In this document: positions 58,009 to 64,000 of the stretch, one piece after another
Layout of the letters: the number at the start of each line of letters is the position of its first letter
Position numbering within the stretch: the first letter of the stretch is position 1
NCBI GenBank assembly: GCA_037445775.1
Contig: JBBIJX010000001.1
Location: forward strand, 4,889-68,888
From: Actinomycetota bacterium
GTDB taxonomy: Bacteria > Actinomycetota > Coriobacteriia > Anaerosomatales > PHET01
DNA length: 64,000 nt
Direction of reading: 5' to 3'
Position numbers and translations under genes: made by a program
Notes under the pieces: generated by a model
Told to the model about the DNA's origin: nothing
Databases searched by the model: none
What the model saw: the letters and a program-made list of their open reading frames with translations, nothing else

Positions 58009-59181
58009 TCAGATCTCCTCCCTCGTGCGCACCTCGAGCGGCTTCGTGGTCTGGTCACCGGGTTGCGGCAGCAACTGCAGCGGTGCGTTGAGCGTGAATC
58101 CACGCTCGGCGACCCAGGTCTTGAGCTCGGCCGCGATGCGGCGCGCCACGTCGAGCGAGGAGACGGGGCCTGCGGGCACCTTCTTTCCCTCTACCTCGAT
58201 CTGACCGCTCCGGAGCTCGGCGTACGTGACGCTCCCGAGCGCGGGGCGCGCGCGGCGCGCGACACCGTAGTCGAAGACGGTCGCTGAGATGTCGGCGTCC
58301 GTGAGCGCGAGCGTAGCAGCGAGGTCATCGTCGAGCACCGGGATCGGGACGCCGATGCCCATGAAGCTCGAGACACCGTAGTTGGTCATCGTCGCTGCGG
58401 CATAGTACTCGCGCCGCGCCTGCTTCAGGTCCGCGATGACCGCGATCGTGCCAGCGGGCTTCACCGGGACTCCGTACTCGTCGCGCTCCTGGTTCGGATT
58501 GTGCTGCGTACCCTCCCAGGCGACGAATCCAGGAGCGCCCGCGACGAAACAGCGGGTCCCGACACCGATCGTCCGATACGTTGGGTCGTTCAGCAGCGGC
58601 GATAGCGCTCCCCCTGAGCAGAACGTCGCGTTGCCGAGACGTGCGTGCAGCGGACCGAGGTAGGTGAAGAGCGTCCGGTCGCTCGAGTTCACAGCCACCG
58701 CGTAGTTCTGGTAGGCGTTGCGCGGGTTGAAGAAGTAAGCCTGGTTGATGTCCTCGAGCGTGACCCACGTGTCGATCTCCGTGCGCGGGTAGCAGTCCGT
58801 GCCCGGTCCGGCAGCCTTGAGCCGGACGGCGTGGCCGCGGATGAGGTCCTCGATGACGTGCGCGCCACCGTACTCGATGCCGCGCGTCCGCGACGGCTCG
58901 GTCACGCCCAGGTAGGTGTCGACGGCCGCCAACCCGCCGCTTGCGGGCACGTCGTTCAGCGTGATCTCCCCCATCTTGATGGGCGGGTCGCTGTGGCCGA
59001 AGTTCAACATGACACCGCTCGAGCACATCGGTCCGAACGTCCCCGTGGTAACGACATCGACGGTCTTGGCCGCCTTCTTGACGCCGACGTCGGCCGCCAG
59101 CTCGCCGAACTCCTCGGCAGTGAGCACCACGGCTTCGCCGCTCACGATGCGCGCGTTGATCTCTTCGTAGGTCTTCGCCAT
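58009..59181 (-). CDS. COG1900/DUF39 homocysteine biosynthesis protein (MA1821-like, without CBS domains)
   Basis: 390 aa with MAKTYEEINARI..GEAVVLTAEEF...VDVVTTGTFGPMCSSG. Confidence 0.82.
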   Translation of the reverse strand: MAKTYEEINARIVSGEAVVLTAEEFGELAADVGVKKAAKTVDVVTTGTFGPMCSSGVMLNFGHSDPPIKMGEITLNDVPASGGLAAVDTYLGVTEPSRTRGIEYGGAHVIEDLIRGHAVRLKAAGPGTDCYPRTEIDTWVTLEDINQAYFFNPRNAYQNYAVAVNSSDRTLFTYLGPLHARLGNATFCSGGALSPLLNDPTYRTIGVGTRCFVAGAPGFVAWEGTQHNPNQERDEYGVPVKPAGTIAVIADLKQARREYYAAATMTNYGVSSFMGIGVPIPVLDDDLAATLALTDADISATVFDYGVARRARPALGSVTYAELRSGQIEVEGKKVPAGPVSSLDVARRIAAELKTWVAERGFTLNAPLQLLPQPGDQTTKPLEVRTREEI

Positions 59182-59255
59182 ACCCGACCCTCCTGAAAGC
59201 GGCGAATGGGACGCGCCCCTTCACAGGGATCCGTCTGCCGTCGTCGCCGCGCTCC

Positions 59256-59717
59256 CTACAGGCAGTGCAGTCGCCACAGCGCTGCGGCGACCATCTCGCT
59301 GTGGTCGAACGCGAGCGGTTCGGGCAGCTTGTCCGCGAAGAACCACCGCGCCTCCGCGGCGTCATCGCCCGGCACGACAAGCGCTCGATCGAGCCCGAGG
59401 TCCGCCAGATACGCCGCTGAGACCGTCCAGCCTCGCGGGTCGCGTCCGGGATCGGCAAAGGCACCGATTGGGACCATCGGACCCTCCCATATGACGCCTG
59501 TTTCCTCGGCGAGCTCGCGACGCGCGGCCTCCACGGGTCGCTCGCCCTCGTCCACGAAGCCGCCAGGGAGGGCCCAGCACCCCTTGAACGGCTCGCTCCC
59601 TCGCCGCACGAGCAGGACCTTGCGCGCATCGGCCGGGCCACAGCACACAACGGTGTCACAGCACAGCGACGGGCGCGGATAGTCGTAGACGTACTCCATG
59701 CGGACAGTGTAGCCCAC
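59256..59717 (-). CDS. NUDIX hydrolase
   Basis: The Nudix box is GGFVDEGERPVEAARRELAEETGV. The start is uncertain: GTG 59717 or ATG 59699. Confidence 0.85.
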   Translation of the reverse strand: MGYTVRMEYVYDYPRPSLCCDTVVCCGPADARKVLLVRRGSEPFKGCWALPGGFVDEGERPVEAARRELAEETGVIWEGPMVPIGAFADPGRDPRGWTVSAAYLADLGLDRALVVPGDDAAEARWFFADKLPEPLAFDHSEMVAAALWRLHCL

Positions 59718-59781
59718 GCGCCGCTGAGCGAGCAGTCCCCGCGCGCCTGGCGCAAGGGCGGCGCCAGCACCGCGGCGTGCG

Positions 59782-60621
59782 TTAGGGACGCGCGCCCACG
59801 AGGATGAAGACGTAGCGATCCGCGGTCACCATGGTGCCTGGTGACGGCGATTGCTGGTACACACGACCCACACTCGACTGCATCGGCTGGTACATGACGC
59901 GCGGCTCGAGTCCTGACGCGCGAATGCGCCTCATCGCCTCTTCCCTGGTCAGGCCGTCAACGTCGGGCACGCGAATGCTAGCGGGCCGCGTGCGACCTTT
60001 GGAGACCACGATTCCCACCGCGTCTCCTCGCTTGGCCGCAGTGCCTCCGGCCGGCGTCTGGTCAACCACGCTCCCGGCGGGCACGCTTCCCGAGTAGACT
60101 TCCGAGACCGACACGGCGAACCCGTCGGCCTCGAGAAGTGCAAGCGCCTCCGCAAGTGTGTCCCCCACGACGCTGGGCACGCGCAAGGCGTTATCAGCCT
60201 CGTCCTCTGCGCGGAGGACGAGATCCGGCCTGACCGACACCGTGATCAGTACTGTGGATCCCGCCGCCACGCGCGACCCCTCGCCGGGATCCTGCGACAC
60301 GACCGTGTCCGGTGCCGCAACAACGTCGAGTGACGTCTCACGCTCGACCTGCAGGCCCGCCGCGGTCAGCACCTTCACGGCCTGACGATTTCTGAGACCG
60401 ACCACGTCCGGCACGGTCACCTGCGTGACGCGGACACGCGCGTCGTCCACGTCAGGCGCAGATCCGAGGCCGGCGTAGCGCCAGATGAGCCATGCGACGA
60501 GGAGCAGCACCACGAGCAGCGTTATCCACGGGAGCCATGCGGCCCGTCGGCGCTCCTCTTCGTCTTCCTGATCCTCGTGACCGACGATGCCGTCGGTCAC
60601 GTGCTCGCCATCGTCCGGCAT
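59782..60621 (-). CDS. Single-pass membrane protein with three PASTA domains; no kinase or PBP domain
   Basis: ATG 60621 has GGAGG 6 nt upstream. An acidic tail and a TM helix (WITLLVVLLLVAWLIW) precede three PASTA units, for example VPDVVGLRNRQAVKVLTAAGL. Confidence 0.8.
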   Translation of the reverse strand: MPDDGEHVTDGIVGHEDQEDEEERRRAAWLPWITLLVVLLLVAWLIWRYAGLGSAPDVDDARVRVTQVTVPDVVGLRNRQAVKVLTAAGLQVERETSLDVVAAPDTVVSQDPGEGSRVAAGSTVLITVSVRPDLVLRAEDEADNALRVPSVVGDTLAEALALLEADGFAVSVSEVYSGSVPAGSVVDQTPAGGTAAKRGDAVGIVVSKGRTRPASIRVPDVDGLTREEAMRRIRASGLEPRVMYQPMQSSVGRVYQQSPSPGTMVTADRYVFILVGARP

Positions 60622-60787
60622 TCGCATCCTCCACGCCCGCTCAATGACAGCATACCCTGCCTGCCGCGCGCTTCCATACCATCTCCACCCCCGCGACACG
60701 GCAGCTTCGCGCGAGAAGGGCACACTGGTCTACATCGGCAGACCCGACGCCACGGGTGAGCCGGACGAACGCAGAGAGGTCGCACCA

Positions 60788-60991
60788 ATGGAGCTGATCG
60801 TCGCGCTGGCCGTTGCGGGTATCGCAGGCGTCTTCGTGGCCGTCAACGGCCGCCGCGCACCAGTCTGCACCACGCGCCGCGTCCCGTCTTCGCCTACTGA
60901 CGAAGCCGAGCGCATCCTGGCAAGCCGCTACGCGCGCGGCCGCATCACGGCCGAAGAGTACGACCGCATGGCAGCAGTGCTCAGGCGCTGA
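60788..60991 (+). CDS. SHOCT-domain small membrane protein
   Basis: 67 aa with one TM helix and the C-terminal ILASRYARGRITAEEYDRMAAVL. The upstream part of track ORF 60587-60991 is discarded. Confidence 0.7.
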   Translation: MELIVALAVAGIAGVFVAVNGRRAPVCTTRRVPSSPTDEAERILASRYARGRITAEEYDRMAAVLRR

Positions 60992-61034
60992 GATCCCCTC
61001 GCAGGGCACCCCGCGGCCTCCCTCTTCTCCCTCA

Positions 61035-61072
61035 CGCGGAACGGCCAGGCGTCGCCGCCGGGCCGTTCCGCG
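61035..61072 (+). terminator. 12 bp perfect inverted repeat downstream of the SHOCT gene
   Basis: CGCGGAACGGCC (61035-61046) pairs with GGCCGTTCCGCG (61061-61072) around a 14 nt loop. There is no U-tract. Confidence 0.4.
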
Positions 61073-61181
61073 TCACGAGACACCACTCGGGTAGAATCCC
61101 CTCGCGGCCGTCCCGGGCCGTGTTCAACCGGTCGCGACCGTGAGGCAACACCGATCCGAGGGCACAGGTACGCCAGTGTCG

Positions 61182-62960
61182 ATGTCGCTCGTTCGAGCCC
61201 TGCGCTTCATGCGCTCATACGCCGGGTGGGCCGCCCTCGGCGTTCTCACCGTACTCGCTTCGTCCCTCGCCGACCTCCTGAGCCCGCAGGTCCTGCGCCG
61301 CCTCATCGATGTTGGCATCGCTGGACAAGACCGTACCGTGATCCTCTCAAGCGCTCTGATGCTCGTGGGACTCGCCGTGACCGGCGGCGTCGCGAGCTTC
61401 CTCCAAGGCTACTTCTCCGCGCGGGCGAGCCACGGCGCGGCGTTCGAGATGCGAAACGCGATCTTCGACAAGCTGCAGCGACTCTCGTTCTCCTACCACG
61501 ACAAGGCGCAGGCCGGACAGCTCATCACGCGCGTCACGAGCGACGTGGACCTTGTGCGCGACTTCGTGGGTGGCGGCCTCGTGCAGACAGTGTCCGCCCT
61601 GATCCTGCTCATCGGCGCGGTCACTTTCCTGCTCCGGCTCGATCCGACCCTCGCCACGGCCGCGCTCGTTGTGATCCCGGCGACCGCGGTGGTGTTGCTG
61701 CTGTTCGTCCGTCGTCTTGGACCCATGTTCAAGGAGTTTCAGGTGCGGCTCGCTGCGCTCAACACGATCCTTCAGGAGAACGTCGCGGGCGCGCGTGTCG
61801 TACGCGCCTTCGCGCGCGAGGATCTCGAAACCGATCGCTACGACACAGCGAACAGCACCCTCCTGGCCCAGGGTCTCGAGGTGCGACGAGTCGTCGCCAA
61901 CGCGTTCCCGCTGCTCTTCGGCGTAGGGACCATCGGCGTTGCGATCGTGACCTGGGCGGGAGCTGTGCGAATCGTCGCCGGAACACTGACCGTGGGTGAA
62001 CTGGTCGCCTTCACCGCCTACCTCTTCCTGCTGCTTCAGCCGCTGTTCATCATCGGGTTCGGCGCCCAGGCGATCGCCCGCGCTGGCGCGAGCGCAGAAC
62101 GGCTCTTCGAGGTTCTCGACACACCGGAGGACGTGTCCGAGAAGCCCGGCGCCGTCGAACTCGGGGCGCTCAGCGGACGCGTCACGCTGCGCGACGTGCA
62201 CTTCCGGTACCCCGGTGCCGAGCGCGAGATACTCGAGGGCGTCGACTTGGACGTCGAGCCGAACACGACCGTAGCAGTCGTTGGAGGTACGGGCTCGGGC
62301 AAGACCACGCTCGTCAACCTGATACCACGCTTCTACGACGTCAGCTCGGGCGCGGTGCTTCTCGACGGCGTCGACGTGCGCGACGCTACCCTCGCCTCGA
62401 TACGCGGGCAGATCGGCTTCGTGATGCAGGACTCCGTACTGTTCAGCGGCACGATCCGGGAGAACATCGCGTACGGGCGGCCGGACGCGACTCTCAGCGA
62501 GATCGAGCTGGCGGCGCGCTCAGCGCAGGCCCACGATTTCATCGCGGCGTTCCCGGAAGGTTACGAGACGCGCGTCGGCGAACGCGGCGTCAAGCTCTCC
62601 GGTGGCCAGCGGCAGCGCATCGCGATCGCCCGGGCCGTACTCATCGACCCGCGCGTGCTCGTCATGGACGACTCCACGTCTGCGGTCGACTCGGAGACAG
62701 AGGCCGCCATCCGTGCGCAACTCGACGAGCTCATGCGCGGCCGTACCGCCTTCATAGTGGCGCAACGGCTCTCCACTGCCCGAGAGGCCGACCTCGTCGT
62801 CGTGCTTCACGAGGGGCGGATCGCCGACAGCGGCACACATGAGGAGCTTCTCGAACGCTCGTGTCTCTACGCGGAGATAGCCGCGAGCCAGCTCGTGCTC
62901 GACACCGGCGACACCCTCGACACCGGAGCGTGCGGCATCGGCGAAGGTGGTGGCGCTTGA
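61182..62960 (+). CDS. ABC exporter, fused permease-ATPase (MdlA/MsbA-like type I exporter half-transporter)
   Basis: A six-TM domain is followed by Walker A GGTGSGKTT, the signature LSGGQRQR and Walker B LVMDDSTSAVD. The start at ATG 61182 is preferred over the track's GTG 61140. Confidence 0.9.
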   Translation: MSLVRALRFMRSYAGWAALGVLTVLASSLADLLSPQVLRRLIDVGIAGQDRTVILSSALMLVGLAVTGGVASFLQGYFSARASHGAAFEMRNAIFDKLQRLSFSYHDKAQAGQLITRVTSDVDLVRDFVGGGLVQTVSALILLIGAVTFLLRLDPTLATAALVVIPATAVVLLLFVRRLGPMFKEFQVRLAALNTILQENVAGARVVRAFAREDLETDRYDTANSTLLAQGLEVRRVVANAFPLLFGVGTIGVAIVTWAGAVRIVAGTLTVGELVAFTAYLFLLLQPLFIIGFGAQAIARAGASAERLFEVLDTPEDVSEKPGAVELGALSGRVTLRDVHFRYPGAEREILEGVDLDVEPNTTVAVVGGTGSGKTTLVNLIPRFYDVSSGAVLLDGVDVRDATLASIRGQIGFVMQDSVLFSGTIRENIAYGRPDATLSEIELAARSAQAHDFIAAFPEGYETRVGERGVKLSGGQRQRIAIARAVLIDPRVLVMDDSTSAVDSETEAAIRAQLDELMRGRTAFIVAQRLSTAREADLVVVLHEGRIADSGTHEELLERSCLYAEIAASQLVLDTGDTLDTGACGIGEGGGA

Positions 62961-64000
62961 TGCACGGGCCGGGACCGTCGCTCAAGCAGCTCGCGAAGAA
63001 CGAACGCCCGGCGTCCTCGTGGGCGGTCGCATCACGGCTGATCGCCTACCTGCGCCCTCACGTCGGCCAGGTCGTCGTGGGTCTGGCGTGGCTCGTCGTG
63101 TCGTCCGGATGCATCGCCGCCGCCCCGGCACTGACGGGCCGGCTCATCGACATCGCACTCGAGAACGCGGGCACTGGTGACTGGCGAGTGCTGACCCCAG
63201 CGTCCGTGCTGCTCGTGGGCGTCGCGCTCGCGGGCTGGTTCGCCCAGCGGATGCAGATACTGACGCTGGGCGCGGCGGGACAGGAGGCTCTCTACGCGAT
63301 CCGCTCAGACGTCTTCCACCGCATCGTGACCCTCGACGTGGGCTACTTCGAGGGGGTGGAGTCGGGCGACCTCATGAGCCGCCTCATCAACGACATCGAG
63401 CAGGTCAACTCGTTCCTGTCGCAGGGCCTCAGGAGGTTGCTCTCCTCGGGCCTCGGCCTGACCGCCACCCTCGTGTTCATGCTCGTCGTCGAGTGGCGCT
63501 TGGCCGTGGCGACCCTGCTCGCCGTCCCGCTCATGTTCCTTGTCACGCGCGCGTTCGGCGCGCTCGCCCGCGTTGCGTTCCGACGTCGCCAAGAGTCGAT
63601 CGGCGAGGTGTCGGCGACATTGGCCGAGGAGCTGGGTGGGATCCGCGTATCGCAGGCGTTCAACCGCACCGAACGCAACCGCGCCGAGTTCATGGGCCGC
63701 AACGCGATGAACCGCGACGCGAATATCAGCGCGGCGACCGTGTCGTCAGCCTTCTCGCCGGTGCTGTCGGTGATCTCGACGAGCGCCACCGCGCTCGTGG
63801 CCGCTGTAGGCGGCTGGTCCGCGGCCCAAAACATCATCACCGTAGGCGTTGTCGTCGCGTTCGTGAACTACGCGCGGCAGTTCTTCAACGCCGTCACGCA
63901 GCTCTCGTCGCTGTACTCCGAGACCCAATCCGCACTGGCGGGCGGAGAGCGCGTGTTCGCGTTGCTCGACACGGCGACCGCGGTGCGCGAACCGGATGAG
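62960..64000 (+). CDS. Second ABC exporter permease-ATPase; the 3' end runs off the right edge
   Basis: Not in the ORF track because there is no stop in the window. ATG 62960 overlaps the upstream TGA as TGATG. Manual translation gives MHGPGPSLKQLAKNERPASSWAVASRLIAYLRPHVGQVVVGLAWLVVSS..., which is the transmembrane domain only. Confidence 0.85.
   Translation, partial: MHGPGPSLKQLAKNERPASSWAVASRLIAYLRPHVGQVVVGLAWLVVSSGCIAAAPALTGRLIDIALENAGTGDWRVLTPASVLLVGVALAGWFAQRMQILTLGAAGQEALYAIRSDVFHRIVTLDVGYFEGVESGDLMSRLINDIEQVNSFLSQGLRRLLSSGLGLTATLVFMLVVEWRLAVATLLAVPLMFLVTRAFGALARVAFRRRQESIGEVSATLAEELGGIRVSQAFNRTERNRAEFMGRNAMNRDANISAATVSSAFSPVLSVISTSATALVAAVGGWSAAQNIITVGVVVAFVNYARQFFNAVTQLSSLYSETQSALAGGERVFALLDTATAVREPDE

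Noticed and set aside
59182-59255. Possible SAM-type riboswitch upstream of the COG1900/metH operon
   Set aside because: The spacer is only 74 nt. I could not recognise SAM-I, SAM-II, SAM-IV or SAM/SAH consensus elements by eye. A covariance-model scan would be needed.
58325-59770. 481 aa minus-strand ORF spanning COG1900 and NUDIX
   Set aside because: It is an out-of-frame overlap with two well-supported genes and gives an extremely Arg-rich translation.

Overview
This is a very GC-rich, gene-dense chromosomal segment with about 55 CDS, most on the minus strand. I found no rRNA, tRNA, CRISPR array, transposase, integrase or recognisable defence genes by eye. A DUF2469 protein, the ligA/gatCAB neighbourhood and PASTA proteins fit Actinomycetota. 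MetV/MetF, COG1900 plus NIL-ferredoxin homocysteine genes, an iron-sulfur flavoprotein and a CWB2 wall anchor suggest an anaerobic lineage (inference only). Layout from left to right: (1) 1-9704, a minus-strand branched-chain amino acid and serine super-operon ilvD-ilvB-ilvN-ilvC-aminotransferase-serA-leuA, with a promoter-like site and a roughly 345 nt leader. leuA runs off the left edge and is missing from the ORF track. (2) 9744-12033, a TolB-like propeller protein and icd. (3) 12168-21498, a cell-envelope island: L,D-transpeptidase, secreted protein, DltD/AlgJ-like protein, MBOAT, an unannotated 40-codon microprotein ending in a DltX-like FIYVDF hexapeptide, and a 1706 aa S8 protease with three CWB2 repeats. 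(4) 21734-25592, a NifV-type synthase, leuC (no ATG/GTG/TTG start available), leuD and a HEAT-like protein. (5) 25692-40296, housekeeping and signalling genes: DUF45, rlmKL, P60, NYN-LOTUS, GAF-HD-GYP, dehydrogenase, flavoprotein, COG2403, pncA/pncB, DegV. (6) 40330-48688, DUF2469-ligA-(ferredoxin-CPBP fusion)-gatC-gatA-(5xPASTA protein)-gatB. (7) 48791-59181, UPF0280, a ferritin-like GGDEF protein, then a minus-strand methionine and one-carbon block: COG1900, NIL-ferredoxin, small membrane protein, metH without reactivation domain, metV, metF, lpdA, lipA. (8) 59256-64000, NUDIX, a second kinase-less PASTA protein, a SHOCT protein and two ABC exporter genes, the last truncated by the right edge. 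The supplied ORF track takes the longest ATG/GTG/TTG ORF, so I re-assigned many starts using Shine-Dalgarno spacing, neighbouring stop codons and family N-termini. Most long arginine-rich ORFs are antisense or out-of-frame shadows of real genes. The most interesting candidate is the MBOAT / SGNH-like / acyl-shuttle microprotein triad with no visible acyl-donor genes. It lies next to a CWB2-anchored giant protease. All functional calls come from motif recognition by eye, because no searches could be run.
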